From Candidatus Iainarchaeum sp. (GTDB lineage Archaea; Iainarchaeota; Iainarchaeia; JAADDC01): a DNA stretch of 32,000 nucleotides. The notes under the pieces were generated by a model. The model was not told the DNA's origin. It saw nothing but the letters and a program-made list of their open reading frames with translations, and did no database searches. This document shows, in pieces, positions 1 through 8,805 of the stretch (within the stretch, counting starts at the first letter, position 1; each line of letters starts with the position of its first letter). Position numbers and translations under genes: made by a program. Location of the stretch: positions 1 through 32,000 of the forward strand of contig JASUTF010000002.1 in assembly GCA_030445695.1 (NCBI GenBank), read 5' to 3'.

Positions 1-491
1 ACGTCTACCATTTCAGCGGCCACTGCCGCCGCAGACCCGGAGGACGATCCTCCGGGAACCCTTTCAGTATCCCTGGGGTTTCTCGTGGGGCCGAAGTATG
101 AGAACTCTCCGGAAGAACCGCAGGCAAACTCGTCCATGTTTGTCTTTCCGACGATCACGCCGTTGTTCTTCAAAATGCGTTCAACCACCGTTGCGGTGTA
201 CGGTGGCACGTAGTTCTCCAGCATCTTTGAACCGCAGGTCATCCTCACGCCCTTGAGAGCGAAGTTGTCCTTTATTCCCCACACAAGACCGTAAAACGCC
301 TCACCCTTCCCCTGCTTTACGAGTTTATCCACCTCTTTTGCCTGCTCTCTGGCAAGCTCGAACGTTTTTGTGATGAACGCGTTTATCTCCCAGTCGCGGG
401 ACTCGATAATCTCGATCTTCTCCTCCAGGTGCTCCGACGGAAGGATATCTCCCGACTTCAGCCGCTGAACGAGTTCCTCTATCATGGGCAT
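1..491 (-). CDS. gatA: Asp/Glu-tRNA amidotransferase subunit A (GatA), partial, runs off the window start
   Basis: Reverse-strand translation [16 protein letters not shown]...[50 protein letters not shown]; amidase signature [14 protein letters not shown]. ATG overlaps the gatC stop (TGATG). Confidence 0.93.
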   Translation of the reverse strand, partial: [163 protein letters not shown]

Positions 492-769
492 CACAGGTTT
501 GGTGGGACCTTTGCATAGCGGTCCTTCTTCTCGGGGAACTGTTCCACAATGGCATCCGGATCCTCAAAGGGGTTTGAAGCGTCCTCACGGAACTCATTCT
601 CGTTTTCCGTCATGACTATGGGCTGTGCCTCGGCGAGCGGCAGTTCCTTTACCCTCTCGAGGAGCCGCAAAATATCGTTAAACTGCGGCAGGAGCTCGTT
701 GATCTCCTCCTCTGTGAGCGCGATGCGGGCGATCTTTGCGATGTGCTGCAACTCCTCCCTTGTTAGCAT
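491..769 (-). CDS. gatC: Asp/Glu-tRNA amidotransferase subunit C (GatC)
   Basis: MLTREELQHIAKIARIALTEEEINELLPQFNDILRLLERV; start at 769 chosen over the longer ORF to 895. Directly precedes gatA. Confidence 0.9.
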   Translation of the reverse strand: MLTREELQHIAKIARIALTEEEINELLPQFNDILRLLERVKELPLAEAQPIVMTENENEFREDASNPFEDPDAIVEQFPEKKDRYAKVPPNL

Positions 770-809
770 GGGATAATTTTGAGCGGCTGATTTTAAAAAA
801 CAGAAACGG

Positions 810-1616
810 TCACTCCAGAAACGCCACGCCAAACGACCCGTAGCCGAGACGCGCTCCAATCGCGGGATCCACGCTGCAAACGACCACACGTTCACAGTTC
901 TCCCTTATCTCGCTTGCCATTCTATCGGCGTACTCGTTCCGCCCCAGAACGCCGGCCCAGACCTCTTTTTTACCCCTTATCAGATCCGCGAACTCCTGCA
1001 CGACTCGTTCCTGTCCCCTGACCGTTTTCCACAAATGGAACACGCCGTCCTTCACCACAAAGATGGGGTTAAGGCGCAGAAACTTTCCGATCTTGCCCAC
1101 AACGTTCGGCAACCTTCCGGAGCGGGCTGCCGCTTCCATATCGGCGACCACAAGGTATATTCTCACCCGATTAACGAGTGCTCTCAACTTTTGAAGGGCA
1201 TCTCCGATTGGGACCCCCTTCTCTGCCATCTCTTTCGCCCTTGCCACGAGTATTCCGGCACCTATGCTCCCTGTCAGCGAGTCCAGTACGTGTACCTCAA
1301 AGCCCTTCTTGGCGAGCATCTTCGCAGCGATCTCTGCCGACTTGAAGGTGCCGCTGAGCTTCGAGCTGATTGTGATGGCGAGTATGGGGAGGTCATTACC
1401 AAGGGACTCAAAGGCACGCATCCACTCCTTGACAGACGGTGCAGCAGTCCTTGCCCGTATCCCCTTTCTGGTGATGTCCAGCAGGGTATCCACAGTGAAA
1501 TCTACCTTGTCCTTCATGTCAACTATTCCGGCATAGACGTGCACAGGGACGAAGGGTATGTCCCATTCGGGCGGAAAATCGGCCGTGGAGTCGGTAATTA
1601 TGCGAAAACTTACCAT
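810..1616 (-). CDS. DegV family protein (fatty-acid-binding, FakB-like)
   Basis: MVSFRIITDSTADFP N-terminus, SSKLSGTFKSA, DSLTGSIGAGILV; overlaps the DAK2 gene by 7 nt. Confidence 0.88.
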   Translation of the reverse strand: MVSFRIITDSTADFPPEWDIPFVPVHVYAGIVDMKDKVDFTVDTLLDITRKGIRARTAAPSVKEWMRAFESLGNDLPILAITISSKLSGTFKSAEIAAKMLAKKGFEVHVLDSLTGSIGAGILVARAKEMAEKGVPIGDALQKLRALVNRVRIYLVVADMEAAARSGRLPNVVGKIGKFLRLNPIFVVKDGVFHLWKTVRGQERVVQEFADLIRGKKEVWAGVLGRNEYADRMASEIRENCERVVVCSVDPAIGARLGYGSFGVAFLE

Positions 1617-2491
1617 ATCTGATCAATCCTCTCCTGGACGATCTGACCGAAAGGCAGGAGGCGCTCCTTTACCTTCTCCGGATCTGTGCTGTGGATGTGC
1701 ACCTTCACCTTTCCGTGGCCTCCCACCACCACGATGGAGTCGCCGAGGTCCGCTATGGCGCCCCTTATCTCGTCGGCGGATGTGCCGTTGTTGGTCTCAA
1801 TCATGAAGTTCGTACAGTACAGTGCAGGACCGCCTCTTGACGTTTCGCGCTCGGCACGCATGCCACGGACACGGTATCCCTGAACATCGACGCCCAGGGC
1901 GTGCACAAATCCCTCAACGATGAGCGTGAATCCGTATGCACCGGAGTCGATGATCTTTGGCTTACCGAGCTTCTTCAGCATCTCCGGTGTCTTTTCCAGC
2001 GCCGAAAGAGCCGCCTGGTACGTGTGGTGGAGTATCTCCGGAACGGAGTTATACTGCCGGGCGAGCCGCTGGGCCGCCTCCGCGGTCTCACGCATCACCG
2101 TAAGTATGGTCCCCTCAACGGGGTTTGCCACCGCCTGATACGCCCAGTTCTTACCCTCGCCAAAGGCAGCCGCTACCTTCGTCCTGTCCAGCGCCGCCGC
2201 ATCGCCAATACCTTCCCGGAAGCCCCAGAAGAACTGGGAAAGGATGACCCCGGAGTTTCCGCGGGCACTCTCCAGGGCAGCATCGGCGACTGCCTCTGCA
2301 ACTTCACCGGCGTGTTCGCTGTCCACGTCCTTTACTGCTTCCCATATGCCCTTCATGGTGTTGTACATGTTCGTCCCGGTGTCCCCGTCTGCCACGGGGT
2401 AGACGTTTATGGCGTTTATGAACTCCATTTCCTTCTCTATGAGGTCCGTTGCAAGCTTGATGCCTTCTTTGAGGTGTTTTCCGTTCATCAT
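1610..2491 (-). CDS. fakA: DAK2/DhaL-domain kinase, FakA-like, lacking the C-terminal domain (293 aa)
   Basis: NVYPVADGDTGTNMYNTMKG, ESARGNSGVILSQFFWGF, VEGTILTVMRE (DAK2), followed by YCTNFMIE and GGHGKVKVHIHSTDP (FakA middle domain). Confidence 0.87.
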   Translation of the reverse strand: MMNGKHLKEGIKLATDLIEKEMEFINAINVYPVADGDTGTNMYNTMKGIWEAVKDVDSEHAGEVAEAVADAALESARGNSGVILSQFFWGFREGIGDAAALDRTKVAAAFGEGKNWAYQAVANPVEGTILTVMRETAEAAQRLARQYNSVPEILHHTYQAALSALEKTPEMLKKLGKPKIIDSGAYGFTLIVEGFVHALGVDVQGYRVRGMRAERETSRGGPALYCTNFMIETNNGTSADEIRGAIADLGDSIVVVGGHGKVKVHIHSTDPEKVKERLLPFGQIVQERIDQIW

Positions 2492-3078
2492 CCCTTTCCA
2501 CCCCAGTAATGCTTTGGCAGTTCGCCCCTCACCAGCAGTTCTGCCTTTTCACGGTAACGCAGCCAGACAGGTATGAGTGCGAGCACAAGGGCCTCCGGAA
2601 CGCTGCCGAACAGCACGTAGTAGATCGCAGGTGTAAAAATATGGCCGAGCATTGCCCCCACGGCAATATAACCGCTCACTGCGTATCCTACGGCCCAGAG
2701 GGCTGCCCAAATTACTGCGAACTTCCAGTCGAGGTAGAGCGCGGACGCGAGCATGACCGCGATGCCCCTTCCGCCCCGGAAACGCGTCCAAACTGGATAG
2801 TTATGGCCCAGCACGATGAAGAACGGGGCGAGCCACAGCGCGGAAGGGAAGTAGTTCTGCACGATCCACAGCGCCAGGATCGCCTTGAGGACATCAAGAA
2901 CCACGACGGCGACAAAGAGTATCTTTGAACCGGTGGCCCTGTACGTGTTGAGTGCCCCGACGTTTCTGCTGCCGACTTCCCAGATGTTCTTGCCGGTGGC
3001 CAGCTTCACCGCAATGTACGCCGTGGGAATGGACCCCAGCAGATACGATATCAGAGCTGCCGCCGCGTACATGTTCAC
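2488..3078 (-). CDS. plsY: PlsY-family acyl-phosphate:glycerol-3-phosphate acyltransferase, paralog 1
   Basis: LLGSIPTAYIAV, GSRNVGALNTYR, LGHNYPVWTRFRGGRG; multi-TM. 4-nt overlaps on both sides. Confidence 0.86.
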   Translation of the reverse strand: MNMYAAAALISYLLGSIPTAYIAVKLATGKNIWEVGSRNVGALNTYRATGSKILFVAVVVLDVLKAILALWIVQNYFPSALWLAPFFIVLGHNYPVWTRFRGGRGIAVMLASALYLDWKFAVIWAALWAVGYAVSGYIAVGAMLGHIFTPAIYYVLFGSVPEALVLALIPVWLRYREKAELLVRGELPKHYWGGKG

Positions 3079-3710
3079 ACCTTGTCCATTGTTATGGAAC
3101 GCTTTCCTTTGTGGGAAAACCGCTGTTCTTCGAGTTTGCCCTGTAGCATGAGCACGATATTATCGCGATGGCTGTAGAGCACGGCAAGGGCGGCAAACGT
3201 CACGTATGTGGTCATAAGCGGGTCTGCGATGAGGGCGTGGAGCGGGATCGCCGTCACAATGGTCACGATGTTGGCGAGGCCCGTCATCTGCGTCAGAAGC
3301 ACCACCACGAACCACGTCGTGATCATGACGGGGAGCGGGCCCCACGTGCCTGTGGCCGTAACGAGGGCGAGGTAACCGCCCGTGATCGTGGCGAATCCCT
3401 TTCCGCCCCTGAACTTCAGGAAGATGGAGAATACAGCACCGATAATGGCAAACATCGCCGCAAGAAGGGCGTAGTGGATTCCAGCATATGCATGCGCGAG
3501 GTATGCCGGCACGAATCCCTTCAACAGATCCAGGAGCATGACGAGGACTCCATAGCCCATGCCGAGGTTGCGGGCGACGTTGGCACCGCCGATGTTGCCG
3601 CTGCCCCTCTTTGTGATATCAATGCCCTTCGCTCTACCCACTAAGTAGCCCCAGGGTATCGAGCCGCTGATGTACCCGGCAAGGGCCCATATCACCGCAT
3701 TCACGTCCAT
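3075..3710 (-). CDS. plsY: PlsY-family acyl-phosphate:glycerol-3-phosphate acyltransferase, paralog 2
   Basis: SGSIPWGYLVGR, RGSGNIGGANVARNLG, FLKFRGGKGFATI, SHRDNIVLMLQGK; multi-TM. Confidence 0.86.
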   Translation of the reverse strand: MDVNAVIWALAGYISGSIPWGYLVGRAKGIDITKRGSGNIGGANVARNLGMGYGVLVMLLDLLKGFVPAYLAHAYAGIHYALLAAMFAIIGAVFSIFLKFRGGKGFATITGGYLALVTATGTWGPLPVMITTWFVVVLLTQMTGLANIVTIVTAIPLHALIADPLMTTYVTFAALAVLYSHRDNIVLMLQGKLEEQRFSHKGKRSITMDKV

Positions 3711-3776
3711 CTTAACCGATCTCCGTAGGAAAACAGCTTATAAAAATGTTAAAGTTGGGGTTGGACGATCGCCGAA

Positions 3777-5036
3777 TCACGGGGTCAGGATGTCCGGCGT
3801 CCTCGGGTATGGCATGGCCTCCATGATCTTGTCCAGATTGAGCAGAGCCAGCGTCAGACGCTCCACACCCATTCCGAAGCCGCCGTGAGGCGGGAAGCCA
3901 TATTTGAACATCTCCAGGTACCAGCCGAACGCCTCCGGACGCATGCCCTTCGCGATCATCCTCTTCCGCAGCTTCTCCGGGTCGTTCTCACGTGGTCCGC
4001 CGGAGGAGAGTTCAAGACCGTTCTCTCCGGGCGCGAGGAAGTCCATCTTCTCTGCAAAGAAAGGATCCTCCTCCCTGAGTTTGTAGTAGAAGGCACACTC
4101 TGTTTCCGGGAACTCGGTGACGAAGAAGGGCACGTCGAAGTGGCTGCAGAGCTGCCTCTCTTCCGGTGCGCCGAAGTCGTCGCCCCTCTTTATGTCCACG
4201 CCGTCTGATCGCAGGAGTTCGATGGCCTCGTCGTAAGATATCTTCTCGTACTTGTTTGGAACGGGGACTTCCTCTATACCCAGGAGCTTGAGCTCGTCCG
4301 GCACCTCCCTGTTCAGACGCTCTGCAGCCGTCTTATATATATCAAACTGAATGTCCATGAGATCCTTTTTCGTGACGAAGGCGGCCTCCACGTCAATCTG
4401 CCAGAACTCCGTCAGGTGCTTCCTTGTTCTGCTCTTCTCCGCTCGGAACGACGGCGCTATGGAGAACACGCGTCCAAGGGCAGGAACGAGCGATTGTTTG
4501 TACAGCTGGGCGGACTGTGCAAGGAACGCTTCCCTGTCAAAGTAGACCAGCGGGAACAGTTCTGCACCGCCTTCCGTTGCCGTTGCGATGATTATGGGGA
4601 AGAACGCCGCCTCGTGGAAGCCCCACTTACGGAGAACCTGGCGTGCGGCGTCAACGATGACGCTCTTCGCCTTGAATATGGCTGCTATACGGGGTTTCCG
4701 TAGATCAAGGTAACGATATTCCAGCCGGGTGGGGAACTCCGCGGGGGTTTTTTCGGTTAAATCTATGGGGGTCGGCTCGGAGTTTGCAATAACTTTCACG
4801 TCTTTCGCCACGAACTCGCGGCCGTTGGGCGCCTTCTTGGACTCTACCCACTCGCCCTGGATCTCCAAAAGCGTTTCGGGGTTATACTTACCCGCTTCCT
4901 CCAGAACTTCGTCAGGCACGTTGCCCTTCTTCACGACCACCTGCTCAATTCTGTTTTCAGGGAACGTTCGTATGAGTATGAACTTGAGCTTGCCTATGTC
5001 ACGAACGTTCCAGACCCAGCCGCGGATTGTTTCCAT
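3777..5036 (-). CDS. aspS: Class II aspartyl-tRNA synthetase (archaeal type, with AsnRS-like features)
   Basis: METIRGWVWNVRDIGKLKF OB fold; TATEGGAELFPLVYFDREAFLAQSAQLYKQ; motif 2 SFRAEKSRTRKHLTEFWQID; motif 3 GFGMGVERLTLALL. Start 5036 preferred over 5129. Confidence 0.88.
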   Translation of the reverse strand: METIRGWVWNVRDIGKLKFILIRTFPENRIEQVVVKKGNVPDEVLEEAGKYNPETLLEIQGEWVESKKAPNGREFVAKDVKVIANSEPTPIDLTEKTPAEFPTRLEYRYLDLRKPRIAAIFKAKSVIVDAARQVLRKWGFHEAAFFPIIIATATEGGAELFPLVYFDREAFLAQSAQLYKQSLVPALGRVFSIAPSFRAEKSRTRKHLTEFWQIDVEAAFVTKKDLMDIQFDIYKTAAERLNREVPDELKLLGIEEVPVPNKYEKISYDEAIELLRSDGVDIKRGDDFGAPEERQLCSHFDVPFFVTEFPETECAFYYKLREEDPFFAEKMDFLAPGENGLELSSGGPRENDPEKLRKRMIAKGMRPEAFGWYLEMFKYGFPPHGGFGMGVERLTLALLNLDKIMEAMPYPRTPDILTP

Positions 5037-5113
5037 TCGTCCCACCGGGTAAGAACGGGAAGGGAAGGCATAAAAACGCTTTTCATTAAAAGCGGGCGAA
5101 GGGATATTATAAC

Positions 5114-6355
5114 ATGGAGGAGGCTGCACGACGTCTCATCGAGTCCATGCCCGAAAAACTACGAAAAGAGCACGAGAAGATTATTTCTGCGTTGAAGGAC
5201 GCCGTAGCGGAGGGCAAAAGCATCGTTGTCTTTGCAGACACGGACGCAGACGGCGCGTCGGCGGAGGCGTGGCGCATAATCGCCAAGAAACTAGGAGCAA
5301 GGGACGAAAACATAGAAGTGCGCCACGTTGACCGAAGCAACGTGAAGTTCGACCGCGACGCCTTCTATATAGTCCACGACATCACGCTCCTGCCCGCACA
5401 CCTGCAGAACGTGGCGGCGGGCGCGAAGATAGTGAACATCGACCACCACGGTCCAAGATTGGGCGAAGACGAAAGTTACGACACTGTTCTGAACCACCCA
5501 GCAGTTGTGGCGGTTGCCAACCCCTTTGCTACTGAAGTTGATAGCCCTGGCAAGACCAAAATGAGCAGGGAAGATAGTTCCCGCCTTTATGCTTTCAATC
5601 CCTCCGCCCAGCTCGTTCACATTGCCCATCGCGTCGGTGCAAATGACATGATATACAAACTTGCGGCCATTGGCATCGTTGGGGACAGGGCGCACCAATA
5701 CTCCGATGTGGCGAGAGAGTTCGCGGAAGCGGTGGCAAGGAAAACGAGCGCCACGATTGAGGACCTCGCAAAGTTGGCGGGACTCTTCGAGCTACAAGAG
5801 AACTTCCCTGGAAAGGTGACCGCCGAGGAGATAAAGGCGGATATACTTGCAGGGCTGCGGGAAAATGACCTCAAGAGCATACCGCGTAGCAAAAAGCTCA
5901 GGGAATTGCTGGAGAAGAAGGAGAAGGTGCTCGAGAAGTATCTGGAAAGGGTGAAACGCGGAGAGTACGAAAAGGAAGAATTGGAGGTCAATGGCAAGCC
6001 CGTGCGTATTATTCTAATTCACGTGGATGACGATGACGCAAAGGAGGTGCAGAAGATAAAATCCGACTTGGGTTCAGCACTGCTCGACAAGTTTTCGAAA
6101 GATCCAACCCCAACCGTTGTTCTTGCGGGCCAGTGGGAGCCGGGAGACGTTGTAAACTACCGCATCGGCGTGAACGGAGCGGGCCAGGATATTGGGTTGC
6201 ACGCCGGAGAAATCGCAAGGACACTCTCATCAAGGTTCGAACTTCCCGGCGGCGGACACGCAGCGGTTGGTGGTTCAAAAATCCCGCACAGCGAGAAAGA
6301 ACGGGCAATGGAGCACATAAAGGACGTTTTGAAAAGCATCTACGGGCAACACTAA
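5114..6355 (+). CDS. DHH/DHHA1 family phosphoesterase
   Basis: VFADTDADGASAEAW, IVNIDHHG, C-terminal ELPGGGHAAVGGSK (DHHA1). AT-rich box about 25 nt upstream, no leader. Confidence 0.85.
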   Translation: MEEAARRLIESMPEKLRKEHEKIISALKDAVAEGKSIVVFADTDADGASAEAWRIIAKKLGARDENIEVRHVDRSNVKFDRDAFYIVHDITLLPAHLQNVAAGAKIVNIDHHGPRLGEDESYDTVLNHPAVVAVANPFATEVDSPGKTKMSREDSSRLYAFNPSAQLVHIAHRVGANDMIYKLAAIGIVGDRAHQYSDVAREFAEAVARKTSATIEDLAKLAGLFELQENFPGKVTAEEIKADILAGLRENDLKSIPRSKKLRELLEKKEKVLEKYLERVKRGEYEKEELEVNGKPVRIILIHVDDDDAKEVQKIKSDLGSALLDKFSKDPTPTVVLAGQWEPGDVVNYRIGVNGAGQDIGLHAGEIARTLSSRFELPGGGHAAVGGSKIPHSEKERAMEHIKDVLKSIYGQH

Positions 6356-6381
6356 AAAAGGTTCCTCTCTTTTTCTTCTGC

Positions 6382-7422
6382 ATGGAGATCCCGGGGAACC
6401 TGAAGCGCGCGATCCGGACGTTCCGCGACAGGTTGGACGACGGCCTTTACCACGTGGAGCATGACATTGACATGGATGGATTCGCATCGGGCATTATAAC
6501 CACGGTGGCCCTTCGGCGAATGGGGTTCGATGCACACCCCTACGCCACCGAAAGGGATAAGTGCTTCGTCCCTGAGAAAGGAGCGCTCGTTTTTACGGAC
6601 ATTGCACTTGATGGCGAGCCCGTGGAGATAGTGCAGGGCGCGAGCAAATCGGGAAGAAACGTTTACGCAATCGACCACCACCCGTGGCGGAAAGACGTCG
6701 AGAAAAAACTGCATGCGTACGTGAACCCGCACTTCACGGACGTTCCAAGTCCGTCACAATGGAATACGGGCTTTCTCGCGTATCTGACGTTCAGGGAGCT
6801 TGTTTCGGACTACGACTGGCTCGCAGCGATCTCCATATACACAGATCACTGTATAGCACCCTGGAACGAGTTCTTAATCCAGCGATTTGGATACGATAAA
6901 GTAAAACGGGCAGGGGATCTGCTATCGGCATACATTGCAGTAATTGAAGACCTTTCAGAACTTGATTACATCTTGCTCAACGATATCCACAGCTTAAACG
7001 ATGTTCTGAGCCGATCCGAGTTCATAGACGCAGAAAACAAGTTCGAGGGAACTGTAAAGAAATACGTTGAAGACCCGAAGGAGCAGGCAGTCATCTGGGA
7101 TGAGAGGAGAAAAATTATAGTTCGGGTAACGGAGGAGAAGTACAGGCAGATAAACTCCATCGTTTCTACGCGCGTCTCGACGCTGCCCGAGTACAGGGAC
7201 TGGATTGTAATAGTACTTGGAATGGACAGGAACGGTACGTTGAAAGGTTCCTTCCGCTGCCAGGAGTGGGAAAAGAGGGGCATTCACTTGGGCGAACTCG
7301 CCAAACGCATTGCGGTCACGCTGGGTGGAGAAGGGGGCGGCCACCCCATGGCAGCTGGCATGCGAATCCCCAACGGTAATCTCAACTCTGTCCTTTCCGT
7401 GATCAACGAGGTGATAAAATGA
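6382..7422 (+). CDS. DHH/DHHA1 family phosphoesterase
   Basis: MEIPGNLKRAIRTF...EHDIDMDGFASG, YAIDHHPW, C-terminal GEGGGHPMAAGMRI. Upstream 83 codons of the long ORF (6133) overlap the previous gene and are unlikely. Confidence 0.83.
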   Translation: MEIPGNLKRAIRTFRDRLDDGLYHVEHDIDMDGFASGIITTVALRRMGFDAHPYATERDKCFVPEKGALVFTDIALDGEPVEIVQGASKSGRNVYAIDHHPWRKDVEKKLHAYVNPHFTDVPSPSQWNTGFLAYLTFRELVSDYDWLAAISIYTDHCIAPWNEFLIQRFGYDKVKRAGDLLSAYIAVIEDLSELDYILLNDIHSLNDVLSRSEFIDAENKFEGTVKKYVEDPKEQAVIWDERRKIIVRVTEEKYRQINSIVSTRVSTLPEYRDWIVIVLGMDRNGTLKGSFRCQEWEKRGIHLGELAKRIAVTLGGEGGGHPMAAGMRIPNGNLNSVLSVINEVIK

Positions 7423-7886
7423 GCGGTATAGACATCGTTGAGGAATTCATTCGTGAAGAAGGTCTTGATGCAGAGGTCATACGGTTCGCAAAGCCGGTAA
7501 GAACGGTGGAGGATGTTGAGAAAATGGGCATTCCTCCCAAGGCGGTCGTAAAGACGCTCATAGTTAAGGTAGATGACAGTTTCGTGGCCGTTCTTATCAG
7601 GGGCGACGCCAAGCTCGATTTAAACAAGTTAAAGCGTGTCTTCGGGGCAAGATCTGCACGCATGGCGTCCCCGCCGGAGGTGCGGGAGGTAACGGGGGTG
7701 AGCATAGGGGCAGTGTCTCCGCTCATGCCATACGCGAAACGGATCAAGGTGATTATCGACAAGGGTGTGTTCGAACTGGAAGACGCGTATGGCGGTGGTG
7801 GAGACGAGAAGGCACTCGTGCTCTTCCACCCGCGAGAAGTTGCAGAAAAACTAAACGCAATGATAGCAGATGTGGCCCGGGCGTGA
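7419..7886 (+). CDS. YbaK/ProXp-family aminoacyl-tRNA deacylase
   Basis: KAVVKTLIVKVDDSFVAVLIRGDAKLDLNKLKRVFG...VTGVSIGAVSPLMP; 4-nt overlap with the upstream DHH gene. Confidence 0.85.
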   Translation: MSGIDIVEEFIREEGLDAEVIRFAKPVRTVEDVEKMGIPPKAVVKTLIVKVDDSFVAVLIRGDAKLDLNKLKRVFGARSARMASPPEVREVTGVSIGAVSPLMPYAKRIKVIIDKGVFELEDAYGGGGDEKALVLFHPREVAEKLNAMIADVARA

Positions 7887-7934
7887 AACCCCGGATCACG
7901 CCTCACCGGAGCCGTCCCACCCGGGCCAAGAGCA

Positions 7935-8552
7935 TCATTCTCTTTCTCTTGTTAGGACAAAGAGGCGAAGGAGCTCTACAACGATGCCCACGAGATCTAT
8001 CAGGAGCTGGACCGCCGCGCGGTACTCGTCGGGATACTGACGCACTTTTGAGGCGTCGTATGCGGCGAAGAGCAGGAAAGCGATGAGCGCGATGACCGTG
8101 GTCACCAGATCCAGTTCATAAGAATACCATTGGAAGAATGAGCCGATCACGAGGGCGAGGGATCCGATGAGTGCAATCACGATGAGCGCGAAAGCGGCAC
8201 GGCCCGCTGACTCCCCGACCTCACGCTCGTTGAATACCAGGGCAGCAACGGCGAATGCAAGGGCACCGCCGGCAACAATGCCGAAAACAATCGGGCCGTA
8301 TGCTGCTGCCAGCACCGGGACGATGGAGAGGACGTAGCCCTCCGTCACGGCGGCGAAGAGCAGATACGTGCCGAGGCCCGGCCGGTACATCACTATGAAG
8401 AGCGGGACGAACGCAAGGATCGCAAGGAGTATTCTGCCAGCCGAACCGACGGATGCAAGGAGTGGAAGGTATGCGAAGCCCGCCACAAGGGCAAGGACGA
8501 AACCGGCAGCCACCAGTGAATATGTCTTCTGAACGTCCGCCATATGCCCCAC
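7935..8552 (-). CDS. Multi-pass membrane protein, possibly Bax inhibitor-1/YccA-like
   Basis: About 6-7 hydrophobic helices; LLFAAYDASKVRQY near the C-terminus resembles the BI-1 YDxxxI region. Start may be the second Met (MADVQK). Confidence 0.5.
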   Translation of the reverse strand: MGHMADVQKTYSLVAAGFVLALVAGFAYLPLLASVGSAGRILLAILAFVPLFIVMYRPGLGTYLLFAAVTEGYVLSIVPVLAAAYGPIVFGIVAGGALAFAVAALVFNEREVGESAGRAAFALIVIALIGSLALVIGSFFQWYSYELDLVTTVIALIAFLLFAAYDASKVRQYPDEYRAAVQLLIDLVGIVVELLRLFVLTRERE

Positions 8553-8553
8553 C

Positions 8554-8805
8554 TCAGAAGCTCCGTGATCGGAGAACCTTGTCCGGCGTGAACGCCGCGG
8601 CGAGCGAGCGGAAGAGCATCTCGTTCTGGGAGTGCACCACTATGCGTTTCGGCTTCACGGACTTCAGAAACACGATGAGCTCATCAATCTGTTCCCCCTC
8701 AAGGGCAACGGCGTGCCCCTCCTCGAAGTTCGCATCCTCTATGCTCCACGGATCCACTACGTTCCAGACGGTGGAAGGAATTGAGGAGGGACGGACCAGG
8801 ATCAT
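8554..8805 (-). CDS. Hypothetical small protein (83 aa)
   Basis: Open frame tightly packed between two minus-strand genes, touching the MAT gene stop; plausible composition. Confidence 0.55.
   Translation of the reverse strand: MILVRPSSIPSTVWNVVDPWSIEDANFEEGHAVALEGEQIDELIVFLKSVKPKRIVVHSQNEMLFRSLAAAFTPDKVLRSRSF

Noticed and set aside
6133-6381. N-terminal extension of the second DHH protein
   Set aside because: Overlaps the end of the first DHH gene; residues are Arg-rich and unlike the family, and MEIPGNL at 6382 is a better start.
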